Origin: Phormidesmis sp.
GTDB taxonomy: Bacteria; Cyanobacteriota; Cyanobacteriia; Leptolyngbyales; Leptolyngbyaceae
DNA: 15,813 bases
Assembly: GCA_965248535.1 (NCBI GenBank)
Contig: CBDFJR010000003.1
Span: forward strand, 1 to 15,813
Direction: 5' to 3'
Shown here: piece by piece, positions 1 to 8,406 of the stretch
How positions within the stretch are numbered: position 1 is the stretch's first letter
How the letters are laid out: each line of letters begins with the position of its first letter
Position numbers and translations under genes: made by a program
Notes under the pieces: model-generated
Databases searched by the model: none
Told to the model about the DNA's origin: nothing
Seen by the model: the letters and a program-made list of their open reading frames with translations, nothing else

Positions 1-281
1 TAGCGCTAGGCGGCGGGTTGGCGGCCGTTGCACTGATTACAAACTCTCTGTTTGCGCTGCTGATTTTAAGCGGGTTGTTTTTCTTAGAAACGCTGTGTGT
101 GATTGCTCAAGTTGGCTACTATAAAGCCACTAAAGATGCTAACGGCATTGGCAAACGGTTGTTTAAGATGTCTCCCTTTCACAATCACCTAGAGCTAACA
201 GGCTGGACAGAAACTCAAGTGGTCGGTTGGTTTTATGCGATCGCAGCCATTCTCGCTGTTCTGGGTCTGACCATTCGCTAG
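1..281 (+). CDS. mraY: Phospho-N-acetylmuramoyl-pentapeptide transferase, 3' part only (runs off the window edge)
   Basis: Frame is open from position 3 (ALGGGLAAVAL...). MraY C-terminal motifs: ETLCVIAQV, KRLFKMSPFHNHLEL, GWTETQVV, then a final TM helix. Confidence 0.95.
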   Translation, partial: ALGGGLAAVALITNSLFALLILSGLFFLETLCVIAQVGYYKATKDANGIGKRLFKMSPFHNHLELTGWTETQVVGWFYAIAAILAVLGLTIR

Positions 282-359
282 TTTTAACCACGATTCACCA
301 ATTTCTTAACCAGTCCACCATTTTGCATGGAACTCTGATAGGATTATGAATCGTGACCC

Positions 360-448
360 GGAGAGATGGCTGAGTGGTCGAAAGCGGCAGATTGCTAATC
401 TGTTGATGGATTTAGGTCCATCCGAGGGTTCGAATCCCTCTCTCTCCG
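360..448 (+). tRNA. trnS: tRNA-Ser(GCT), long variable arm, CCA not encoded
   Basis: Acceptor stem GGAGAGA/TCTCTCC with discriminator G; anticodon arm GCAGA-TTGCTAA-TCTGT (GCT at 394-396); variable arm GATGGA/TCCATC; T-loop GGTTCGAATCC. Confidence 0.97.
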
Positions 449-453
449 TTTAT

Positions 454-494
454 AAAGTCGGCATTCGAGAGTTTAATCTCGGATGCCGATTTTT
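454..494 (+). terminator. Rho-independent terminator after tRNA-Ser
   Basis: AAAGTCGGCATTCGAGA-gtttaa-TCTCGGATGCCGATTTT: 17-bp stem with two G-U pairs, ending in a T run. Confidence 0.8.
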
Positions 495-587
495 GATCAC
501 CAACCTGAAAGATGCCCTACCCTCAAAGAGGCAATTGGAGATAAGATTAGGCTCATTTCAAACGAGACGTTGAGTAAACTGAATCCT

Positions 588-1913
588 ATGACTAAATTAT
601 CTTCAGCGAAAAAGTCAAATCCTGGGGCGGCGATCGCTGCCGTTACGATCGCCGTCGGGTTTCTGGCGGCTGCCTGTCAAGAAGCTGCCCCGCCTGCCTC
701 TCAAGGAACGACGACCTCTCCAGGTGCAACAGCCGCCGCTGACACAAAAGGCTTAAAGCTTGGCTCTCTCTTGCCAGCGACAGGTGATTTAGGCTCGATC
801 GGGCAGCAGATGATCGCAACGGTGCCACTTTTGGTCGAAACGGTCAACAAATGTGGCGGCGTTAACGGCCAACCCGTTACCCTATCTTCGGTTGATGACC
901 AGACCGAGCCATCTGCGGGCACCGAAGGCATGACCAAGCTGGCCGAAGTCGATAAAGTTGCTGGGGTCGTTGGCTCGTTTGCCAGCAGCGTTTCTACGGC
1001 GGCGCTGCCGATCGCCATTCGCAACAAAGTAGTTTTAATCTCTCCGGGCAGCACCAGCCCTGTTTTCACACAGCAGGCAAAAGCAGGCAAGTTTCAGGGC
1101 TATTGGGCCCGGACTGCTCCGCCAGACACCTATCAGGCTCAGGCTTTGGCAAAATTGGCTAGTGAGCGAGGCTTTAAAACGGCGGGAACTGTAGTGATCA
1201 ACAACGACTATGGCGTTGGCTTTGAAAAAGAATTTAAGCAAGCGTTTGAAAAGCTAGGCGGCACGATCACCAACGACAGCAAGCCCACCCGCTATGACCC
1301 CAAAGCCACCACTTTTACAACAGAAGCCAGCGCCGCCTTTGCGGGAAAGCCTCAAGCAGTGGCAGCAGTTCTCTATGCTGAGACGGGCGGATTGATCGTC
1401 AAGTCAGCTTTTGAACAAGGTGCCAGCAAAGGCACTCAACTGCTCTTGACCGATGGGGTTTACTCACCGGATTTTGTCGCCAAAGTGGGCAAAACGGGAG
1501 ATGGCAAATCAATTTTGGCGGGCGCGATCGGCACCGTTCCGGGTGCAAATGGCAAGGCTCTCGACGCATTTGCCAAACTTTGGAAGGAGAAGCAAAATCG
1601 TCCACTTGCGCCCTATGCGGCACACTCTTGGGATGCAGCAGCGATCTTGGTGTTAGCGGCTCAATCTGCAAAAGCCAACACAGGAGACGGCATTAAGAGC
1701 AAACTGCGTGAGGTCACCAACGCCCCCGGAACGGAGGTCACTGACGTGTGTCAGGGGCTAGACTTGCTTCGCAAAGGTCAAAAAATTAACTATCAGGGTG
1801 CCAGCGGCAACGTGGATATTGACGAAAACGGTGACGTGGTGGGTAACTATGATGTTTGGACGGTCAAAGACGACGGCTCGTTGGGCGTAATTGGCAAAGT
1901 GAGTCCCCAATAA
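588..1913 (+). CDS. natB: Neutral/branched-chain amino acid ABC transporter substrate-binding lipoprotein (NatB-like)
   Basis: Likely start is ATG 588 (MTKLSSAKK...), giving a basic N-terminus, a hydrophobic stretch and lipobox FLAAAC. LivJ-type motifs: LKLGSLLPATGDL, GGVNG, DDQT, ISPGSTSP, RTAPPD, NNDYG, YQGASGNVDIDENGD. The upstream ATG 483 lies inside the tRNA terminator. Confidence 0.85.
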   Translation: MTKLSSAKKSNPGAAIAAVTIAVGFLAAACQEAAPPASQGTTTSPGATAAADTKGLKLGSLLPATGDLGSIGQQMIATVPLLVETVNKCGGVNGQPVTLSSVDDQTEPSAGTEGMTKLAEVDKVAGVVGSFASSVSTAALPIAIRNKVVLISPGSTSPVFTQQAKAGKFQGYWARTAPPDTYQAQALAKLASERGFKTAGTVVINNDYGVGFEKEFKQAFEKLGGTITNDSKPTRYDPKATTFTTEASAAFAGKPQAVAAVLYAETGGLIVKSAFEQGASKGTQLLLTDGVYSPDFVAKVGKTGDGKSILAGAIGTVPGANGKALDAFAKLWKEKQNRPLAPYAAHSWDAAAILVLAAQSAKANTGDGIKSKLREVTNAPGTEVTDVCQGLDLLRKGQKINYQGASGNVDIDENGDVVGNYDVWTVKDDGSLGVIGKVSPQ

Positions 1914-1942
1914 AACCTAGATCAAGGAGCGATCGCAGCCAC

Positions 1943-2812
1943 TTATTCATCGGTCATTGGCTGGCTCGAAGCAGGAATTAACTGGGTTAGCCAGTCTTCG
2001 ACTTGAGATTGAAGCCGATGAGACGATAAAGCGGCTTCGATCGTTTCTAACCAGTCCAACTTTTCTAGAGCACGCCGATAATCAGCGATTCCACAGTTCC
2101 AGTCGCCTGCTAAATGGTGGGTGCGGCCTCGTGCTCCATAAATATGCCCTTCTAAAACGGCGGTGTTGGCAGACCCGGTTGACAGAAACTGAGTGATCTG
2201 CAAGGCGTGATCGAAGTTCTCGATCGCTTGGGGATACATTTCTAATTCTCGGAAGGTCACGCCCTGATTGATCCAAGCGCGAACGTTGGTGGGGTCGAGG
2301 TCGATCGCCATTTCATAATCAGCGATCGCTTCAGCTAACCGACCTTTAGCGGCGTAATAATTAGCCCGGTTATTGTAGGCACTCGCCAGTCTAGAGTTGA
2401 GCTTGATCGCGTGATTGTAGTCTGCTAAAGCGGCGGCAAATTCCCCACTTTGAAAGTAGACCAAGCCGCGATTGTTATAGTCGATCGCACTGCGAGGGTT
2501 GCGCTCAACCAGCAGATTGAGACCTTCAAGAGCAGTCTGATAGTTACCGCGACGAGCTTCGGTGAGCGATCGCTGTCGCAGCAGCCGATCTTGCTCGGTG
2601 GGTTCTAAATAGGCTAGCGTCTGGCTGAGTTTTGGAGGGACTAGAGAGCTTTTATAAGCCTGTTGCCGACGGCGTAAACTTCCTTCAGCAGGGCGAACCA
2701 AGCTTCTCTTAGACTCGCGACGAGGAACATAGGCGCGGCCGCTCTTGAGATAGCTCAAACGCAGGGGCTGAAGAGGCTGAATGTGGCGACTTAGTGATGT
2801 ACGGGCGTTCAT
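1943..2812 (-). CDS. Tetratricopeptide repeat (TPR) protein
   Basis: Successive TPR units (AIDYNNRGLVYFQSGEFAAALADYNHAIKLN, SAYNNRANYY...AIADYEMAIDLDP, AWINQGVTF...AIENFDHAL, YGARGRTHHLAGDWNCGIADYRRAL). GAGG lies 5 nt before the ATG. Confidence 0.9.
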   Translation of the reverse strand: MNARTSLSRHIQPLQPLRLSYLKSGRAYVPRRESKRSLVRPAEGSLRRRQQAYKSSLVPPKLSQTLAYLEPTEQDRLLRQRSLTEARRGNYQTALEGLNLLVERNPRSAIDYNNRGLVYFQSGEFAAALADYNHAIKLNSRLASAYNNRANYYAAKGRLAEAIADYEMAIDLDPTNVRAWINQGVTFRELEMYPQAIENFDHALQITQFLSTGSANTAVLEGHIYGARGRTHHLAGDWNCGIADYRRALEKLDWLETIEAALSSHRLQSQVEDWLTQLIPASSQPMTDE

Positions 2813-3298
2813 GCAATCCTCACGGGGCTTGTGGGTTTAAGCTTACAAACTCTTTGACCAAAGTTTTTCTGCCTGTGTGTCATAAACTGATCTGTCTACG
2901 GTCAGATTTTGGTTGAGCGGCGAGTTTATCAGGGTCTATGAGATTTCCTTCAAGGCGATCGCCAGACATTTCTGAAAGTTAGACAGAAGATCTCCTTTAG
3001 GAGTCATCGGAGGCTCCCTTGTCTCCCAAAGGTGGAGGCAACTAGAATCACATTCCCTCAGAGTTAGGAGATTCAGGGAGTTTTGATAGATTTGGGCCAG
3101 AGGTTTATCAATCGAGCGGTGATTAGGCGCTTGTCAGACATTTTCATGAAGTAAGACGCAAATTGTTAAAAAAAGGGTCATTTTTTCATAAAATCTTTGT
3201 ACTTTTTTAAGATTCCCTCGTCAGAAAAGAATTAACGAGGGGTAATTACCTAGATTTGTTGAGAGAAATCAAGCCATGCAACCGGCCCCCCCAGACCT

Positions 3299-3307
3299 TG
3301 ATAAAAT
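3299..3307 (+). promoter_or_regulatory. Candidate extended -10 promoter (TG-A-TAAAAT) for the hypothetical gene at 3365
   Basis: TGnTAAAAT, 57 nt upstream of ATG 3365; no consensus -35. Confidence 0.45.
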
Positions 3308-3364
3308 TTAGTCCTGTCCCTTCAGCGATCGGGCCAGTTCTAACCTGGTTCTTCAAAACGGCTT

Positions 3365-3829
3365 ATGACGACCTCATTTTCTTACCCCAACACGACCGAT
3401 TTGGCTTCAGATGATTATTTGGTGGTGGGTCTAGCAACTTGCTTTATCAAAGAAGATAGCGAGGTTCATGAAGTCAAAATCGTTGAGCCAATTCCATCAG
3501 CGGCCCTAGAAGCGATCGTAAAAGGCATTCCGACCTCTTATGAGCGAGCGATCGCGACCACCATGGGCACCGTGATTGCCCAAGAAATCCCTCAATTGCC
3601 CGATGGGTTTCCGATCGAGGCGCAATTTTGTGACGACTTTATCTATCGAGCCACCGCCGCCGCCCGGACTTATAAAGCCAAGCCCGTGGCTCAAACTCAT
3701 ATCCCAGTGGGCACCAGCCGCAGTGATTTTAACCACTCTATCGAGCGCAAGCGGGTTCTAAACTCAGAGCGCATTGTTAGAACAGAAGATAACGTCAAGC
3801 AGCACGACCACACGCACAAGGTGCTCTAA
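3365..3829 (+). CDS. Conserved hypothetical protein, 154 aa
   Basis: Clean ORF with a globular-looking sequence (DDYLVVGLATCF, EPIPSAALE, RKRVLN...DNVKQH) that resembles a cyanobacterial conserved hypothetical family. No function recognised. Confidence 0.8.
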   Translation: MTTSFSYPNTTDLASDDYLVVGLATCFIKEDSEVHEVKIVEPIPSAALEAIVKGIPTSYERAIATTMGTVIAQEIPQLPDGFPIEAQFCDDFIYRATAAARTYKAKPVAQTHIPVGTSRSDFNHSIERKRVLNSERIVRTEDNVKQHDHTHKVL

Positions 3830-3893
3830 GAGGCGGTTGAGTTTTTAACGGTGAGTCAGGCATCGGGCAAGCCTCCAAACATTTTGTCTTCTA

Positions 3894-3913
3894 TAGAATA
3901 GTACAAGAGTACT
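3894..3913 (+). promoter_or_regulatory. -10 element (TAGAAT) followed directly by a cyanobacterial LexA-type box
   Basis: TAGAAT at 3894-3899. AGTAC-AAG-AGTACT at 3900-3913 fits RGTACNNNDGTWCB at every position. It ends 30 nt upstream of the GST ATG. Confidence 0.6.
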
Positions 3914-3943
3914 TAAATTTCAACTAACTGAGAGGAGTCACTC

Positions 3944-4507
3944 ATGCTTAAACTTTATGGGGCAGCGCGCAGTCGTGCCGCGATCGTGCGGTGGTATCTA
4001 GAAGAGTTAGCGATTCCCTACAAGTTCGTCCCCTTGGATCTACAAGCAGGCGATCTGTCACAGCCAACGTTTCTCTCGATCAATCCGTTTGCAAAAGTTC
4101 CGGCGATCGTTGATGGCGACCTAGCACTGTGGGAGTCAGGCGCAATTTTGATCTATCTCGCTGAAAAATATAGCCACGAAGCCGACTCAGCAGAAACAAG
4201 GGCCACGATCGCGCAGTGGGTTTTGTTCGCCAACTCTACGCTGGCAACAGGCATTTTTGTCGAAGCCAATCGAGACCGAGAAATGCCGCGTTTAATGAAG
4301 CCCTTAAACGAGCTTTTTAACCGTCAGCCTTTTGTGTTGGGCGATCGGTTTGGCGTAGCGGATATAGCACTAGGGTCTAGCCTGGCCTACATTCCGGTAG
4401 TGTTAAAGCTTGACTTGAGTGAATATCCTGCCGTGATAGATTACATGCAGCGCATATCAGATCGCCCGGCGTTTAAGGAAGCGATCGGTAACCACTTTTC
4501 AGATTGA
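3944..4507 (+). CDS. Glutathione S-transferase, probably cyanobacterial Chi class
   Basis: N-terminal MLKLYG..SRA.IV.WYLEEL, INPFAKVP (cis-Pro loop), LWESGAILIYL, C-terminal F.VADIA. No cysteine in the protein. RBS GAGGAG upstream. Confidence 0.92.
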   Translation: MLKLYGAARSRAAIVRWYLEELAIPYKFVPLDLQAGDLSQPTFLSINPFAKVPAIVDGDLALWESGAILIYLAEKYSHEADSAETRATIAQWVLFANSTLATGIFVEANRDREMPRLMKPLNELFNRQPFVLGDRFGVADIALGSSLAYIPVVLKLDLSEYPAVIDYMQRISDRPAFKEAIGNHFSD

Positions 4508-4568
4508 GTTTTCTGAGGCACCCAGCTAGTTAAAGTTTGTCCCTTGAGAGAACTGTCTCAGTGACTAT

Positions 4569-4645
<77 letters not shown>

Positions 4646-4747
4646 CAATCAATATTGCTCAATCTAGATTAACACAAGAGACAACTCACAGAATCCTGGG
4701 CTGCAACTTGTTAAGATAAGTCTTGAACAACTTCAGGACAAACAGGC

Positions 4748-5626
4748 GTGGTCGTTAAGCCAGACTGGTTAAGGGTTAAAGCTCCTCAATGGGAGCGAGT
4801 CGGCAACGTTAAAGAAATTTTGCGAGATTTGTCTCTCAACACCGTTTGCGAAGAGGCCTCTTGCCCCAACATCGGTGAATGTTTTAACAATGGCACTGCT
4901 ACGTTTTTGATCATGGGCCCCGCCTGCACTCGTGCCTGCCCCTACTGCGATATTGACTTTGAGAAGAAGCCTCAGCCCCTCGACCCGACTGAGCCAACGC
5001 GACTGGCAGAAGCCGTGCGGCGAATGCGCCTCAATCATGTGGTGATCACGTCCGTCAATCGCGATGATTTAGACGATGGGGGGGCTGCTCAGTTTGTGCA
5101 CTGCATTCAAGCCATTCGGGCTGTGTCGCCTGACACCACGATCGAGGTGCTCATTCCCGATCTCTGCGGCAATTGGAGCGCGTTAGCGCAGATTCTCAGC
5201 GCCTCACCTGACGTGCTCAATCACAATACTGAAACGATCGCTCGTCTCTATCGTCGGGTGCGCCCCCAAGGAGACTATGCCCGATCGCTGGAACTATTGC
5301 AGCGCACTCGCCAAATCAACCCTCACGTTTACACAAAATCGGGCATCATGGTCGGTCTGGGCGAAACCGATGCCGAAGTGCGGCAAGTGATTCGAGATCT
5401 GCGCGATGTCAAGTGTGACATTTTGACGATCGGGCAATATCTCCAGCCGACTCAAAAGCATTTAGGCGTGCAGGAGTTTGTGACTCCTGAGCAGTTCGAC
5501 GCGTGGCGAATCTATGGAGAAGCGATCGGGCTTCTGCAAGTCGTCTCTTCACCGCTGACCCGCAGTTCTTATCACGCCGAACAGGTGCAAACTCTGATGA
5601 AGAACCATCCCCGGAGGCAGGGTTGA
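4748..5626 (+). CDS. lipA: Lipoyl synthase (radical SAM)
   Basis: GTG start. [20 protein letters not shown] (CX4CX5C), CTRACPYC (CX3CX2C), [18 protein letters not shown]. Candidate extended -10 TGTTAAGAT at 4709-4717. Confidence 0.97.
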   Translation: MVVKPDWLRVKAPQWERVGNVKEILRDLSLNTVCEEASCPNIGECFNNGTATFLIMGPACTRACPYCDIDFEKKPQPLDPTEPTRLAEAVRRMRLNHVVITSVNRDDLDDGGAAQFVHCIQAIRAVSPDTTIEVLIPDLCGNWSALAQILSASPDVLNHNTETIARLYRRVRPQGDYARSLELLQRTRQINPHVYTKSGIMVGLGETDAEVRQVIRDLRDVKCDILTIGQYLQPTQKHLGVQEFVTPEQFDAWRIYGEAIGLLQVVSSPLTRSSYHAEQVQTLMKNHPRRQG

Positions 5627-6552
5627 AGGTTGCCGTGATCGGGGCAGGGGCCTGGGGTTCTACGCTGGCGGGTCTCGCAAAAGACAACGGCCACTCAGTC
5701 GAGATGTGGTCGCGTCAGAGTGCTCACAGCCTTGAGACCGTGATTGACAGAGCAGACCTCCTGCTGTCAGCCATCTCGATGAAAGGGGTGCGAACCGTCA
5801 TTGAGTCGTTGCGATCGTTCTCTCTGCCGCCCGACACGATTCTGCTCACCGCCACTAAAGGTCTCGATCCCGAATCGGGAACCGAGGTGAATTTGCCTCT
5901 GTTGCCCTCTCAACTCTGGCAAGCCGCTTTTCCAAATCATGCCGTCACGATTCTCTCTGGGCCCAATCTCTCTCAAGAGATTCAACAGGGGTTGCCTGCT
6001 GCCAGCGTGGTTGCCAGCACTCACATTGCCGCCGCCCAACAGGTGCAAGCCGTCCTGTCGTCGTCTCGATTTCGCATCTATACCAATCCCGATCCGTTGG
6101 GGGTTGAGCTAGGTGGGGCGTTGAAGAACGTGATCGCGATCGCCGTCGGAGCCTGTGACGGTTTACAGCTAGGAACCAATGCTAAGGCTGCTTTAGTGAC
6201 TCGTGGTTTAGCCGAAATGATTCGCATTGGCGCTTATTGGGGGGCAAACGCAGAGACCTTTTATGGGCTGTCAGGGTTGGGCGATCTCTTGGCAACCTGC
6301 AACAGTCCGTTGAGCCGAAACTATCAGGTGGGTTATGGGCTAGCTCAAGGCAAAACCCTAGAAGCCGTTCTCCGCCAGTTAGAAGGAACGGCCGAAGGAG
6401 TCAACACTACTCGCGTGCTGATTCGACTGGCTGATCAACAAAAGATTTCGGTGCCGATCTCGTTTCAGGTGCACCAGCTATTGCAGCGTGAAGTCACCCC
6501 CCAAGCAGCCGTGGCAGCGCTGATGCTGCGCGACAGCAAGCCAGAAGTTTAA
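5623..6552 (+). CDS. gpsA: NAD(P)H-dependent glycerol-3-phosphate dehydrogenase
   Basis: Likely TTG start at 5623 overlapping the lipA TGA (TTGA), with GGAGG at 5613-5617. [11 protein letters not shown]ossmann motif, [39 protein letters not shown]. Confidence 0.95.
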   Translation: MKVAVIGAGAWGSTLAGLAKDNGHSVEMWSRQSAHSLETVIDRADLLLSAISMKGVRTVIESLRSFSLPPDTILLTATKGLDPESGTEVNLPLLPSQLWQAAFPNHAVTILSGPNLSQEIQQGLPAASVVASTHIAAAQQVQAVLSSSRFRIYTNPDPLGVELGGALKNVIAIAVGACDGLQLGTNAKAALVTRGLAEMIRIGAYWGANAETFYGLSGLGDLLATCNSPLSRNYQVGYGLAQGKTLEAVLRQLEGTAEGVNTTRVLIRLADQQKISVPISFQVHQLLQREVTPQAAVAALMLRDSKPEV

Positions 6553-6994
6553 GGGGTCAGGTTTAGACGCTTTGGTGGCTGACAGGTCACTCTAGACCTT
6601 GAGAAGGCGCAGCGTGGATTTACCGAATCGACGCTACACACTCTACGGACTCCTTTATCTTTCCATAATTAAACTCTGCACTCATTCAAAGTCTTGATGA
6701 AGATGCAGCGTTAACAAAGCAGCGATCGCAAGATTGCCATCAACCTGATGGAGGTCAGTCAACCCATTTCGCCCTCAATTATTTTGTGCTTAAAGAATCA
6801 GCTTCTTGCATAACCTTCCGAATTGAGCGTGAAAAGGGATGTAGATAGTAGAGGACATTGATACCGTCGCTCAAATTAACGCCATCGGATGCGAGGCTAC
6901 GGAACTCTACGGAGTGTTCTCTAGTCCCAGAAGACGGGAACACTATCAACAGCAGCCGACTGACCCTATTTCCACCGAGAGCAACCGAAAGACC

Positions 6995-8260
6995 ATGATG
7001 CCAGCAACCTCTTTTTACGCTGATGCAGACTACGAAACCTCTTCTCAAGAGAGCTTTCGTCCTCAGAGCTACGACGCAGGTTACCCCGATCGTGACACTG
7101 AGTCGCCTTCTGATGACTTGATCGATCTCGAAGTTGAGTATGTCGATCGCGCCGGGCTTCGCACACCCGTTCGCCGAACGACAGATCTGGTGAGGCTATA
7201 TCTTCAAGAGATTGGGCGGGTTCGGCTGTTGGGTCGAGATGAAGAAGTCTCAGAGGCTCAAAGAGTTCAGCGCTATATGCGATTGCTAGAAGAGCGAAAT
7301 GAGTCGGCTCTCAAGGGCAATGCTGAAATCGAGCGCTATGTTCACCTGATTGACACCCGCGATCGGTTGACCTCTAGCCTAGGGCACCGTCCTTCTTTAG
7401 AGCGCTGGGCGGCTGAAGCCAGTGTCACCGTTCTCGATCTCAAGCCGATCATGGCAGAGGGCAAGCAGCACTGGGCTAAGATTGTCGGGCTACCCGTTGC
7501 CGAGCTTGAACAGATTCAAAGTGAGGGGCTTCAGGCAAAAGAACACATGATCAAGGCAAATTTGCGCTTGGTCGTGTCGGTTGCTAAAAAATATCAAAAT
7601 CGCGGTCTAGAACTGCTGGATCTCATTCAAGAAGGCACCCTGGGTTTAGAACGCGCTGTTGATAAGTTTGACCCCACCAAGGGCTATCGGTTTAGCACCT
7701 ATGCTTACTGGTGGATTCGTCAAGGCATCACCCGTGCGATCGCCACTCAAAGCCGCACGATTCGCCTGCCCGTGCACATCACTGAAAAGCTCAATAAGAT
7801 CAAAAAAGCTCAGCGCAAAATCGCTCAAGAAAAAGGGCGGACGGCCACGATCGAAGATATCGGAGTCGAGCTAGAGATGACGGCGGCTCAAGTCCGCGAA
7901 GTGTTGCTAAGAGTGCCGCGCTCTGTGTCTCTAGAAACCAAGGTCGGCAAAGAAAAAGACACCGAACTGGGCGACCTGCTCGAAACCGAAGAAATCTCGC
8001 CCGAAGAAATCTTGATGCGAGAGTCGCTGCGCCGCGATTTGCTGCAACTGCTGGCAGACCTGACGAGCCGAGAACGCGATGTGATCCAAATGCGCTTTGG
8101 GTTGGGCAGCGATGGGCATCCCTACTCATTGGCAGAAATCGGTCGCGCCCTCGACCTCTCCCGCGAGCGAGTCCGTCAAATTGAGGCGAAGGCGCTGCAA
8201 AAACTGCGCCAGCCTAAGCGACGCAACCGCGTGCGTGACTATCTCGAATCTTTGAGCTAG
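6995..8260 (+). CDS. sigC: Group 2 RNA polymerase sigma factor SigC
   Basis: N-terminus MMPATSFYADA typical of SigC (start at 6995 or 6998). Region 1.2 TTDLVRLYLQEIGR; region 2 NLRLVVSVAKKY, DLIQEG, FSTYAYWWIRQ; region 4 SRERVRQIEAKAL. Adjacent to furA, as in Anabaena. Confidence 0.9.
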   Translation: MMPATSFYADADYETSSQESFRPQSYDAGYPDRDTESPSDDLIDLEVEYVDRAGLRTPVRRTTDLVRLYLQEIGRVRLLGRDEEVSEAQRVQRYMRLLEERNESALKGNAEIERYVHLIDTRDRLTSSLGHRPSLERWAAEASVTVLDLKPIMAEGKQHWAKIVGLPVAELEQIQSEGLQAKEHMIKANLRLVVSVAKKYQNRGLELLDLIQEGTLGLERAVDKFDPTKGYRFSTYAYWWIRQGITRAIATQSRTIRLPVHITEKLNKIKKAQRKIAQEKGRTATIEDIGVELEMTAAQVREVLLRVPRSVSLETKVGKEKDTELGDLLETEEISPEEILMRESLRRDLLQLLADLTSRERDVIQMRFGLGSDGHPYSLAEIGRALDLSRERVRQIEAKALQKLRQPKRRNRVRDYLESLS

Positions 8261-8354
8261 AACCCTCGCAAAAACGCCTGATCACGTCTGCTCTCAAAAA
8301 GGCTGAAACCTTTTGTCTATCGGCTTAAAAGCCGCATCGTTTTAAGCTTCAGTC

Positions 8355-8371
8355 TTGAATATAATTCTCAA
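8355..8371. promoter_or_regulatory. Candidate Fur box upstream of furA
   Basis: TTGAATATAATTCTCAA differs from TTGATAATNATTATCAA at 3 positions. Further half-sites ATTCTCAA (8416-8423) and TTGAGAAT (8438-8445) lie nearby. Confidence 0.6.
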
Positions 8372-8406
8372 CAAGGTGACTTTCTTGCAAATCACCTTGT
8401 TTTTTT
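8370..8406 (+). terminator. Rho-independent terminator-like hairpin downstream of sigC
   Basis: AACAAGGTGA (8370-8379) and TCACCTTGTT (8392-8401) form a perfect 10-bp inverted repeat, with a T7 run at 8400-8406. Confidence 0.6.

Noticed and set aside
346..573. 75-aa ORF
   Set aside because: Overlies tRNA-Ser and its terminator.
588..1913. Orphan ABC binding protein with no permease or ATPase genes
   Set aside because: Cyanobacterial nat genes are commonly scattered, so this is expected.
2813..3364. Known RNAs (RNase P, SRP, 6S, tmRNA, Yfr1/Yfr2, glutamine, TPP or cobalamin riboswitches) or a CRISPR array in the long intergenic region
   Set aside because: No hallmark sequences or regularly spaced repeats seen by eye. 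An Rfam scan is needed to be certain.
5503..5622. 40-aa N-terminal extension of gpsA overlapping lipA
   Set aside because: TTG at 5623 has a GGAGG RBS and begins right at the Rossmann motif.
6841..6864. Possible NtcA site upstream of sigC
   Set aside because: GTA to TAC spacing is 11, not the required 8.
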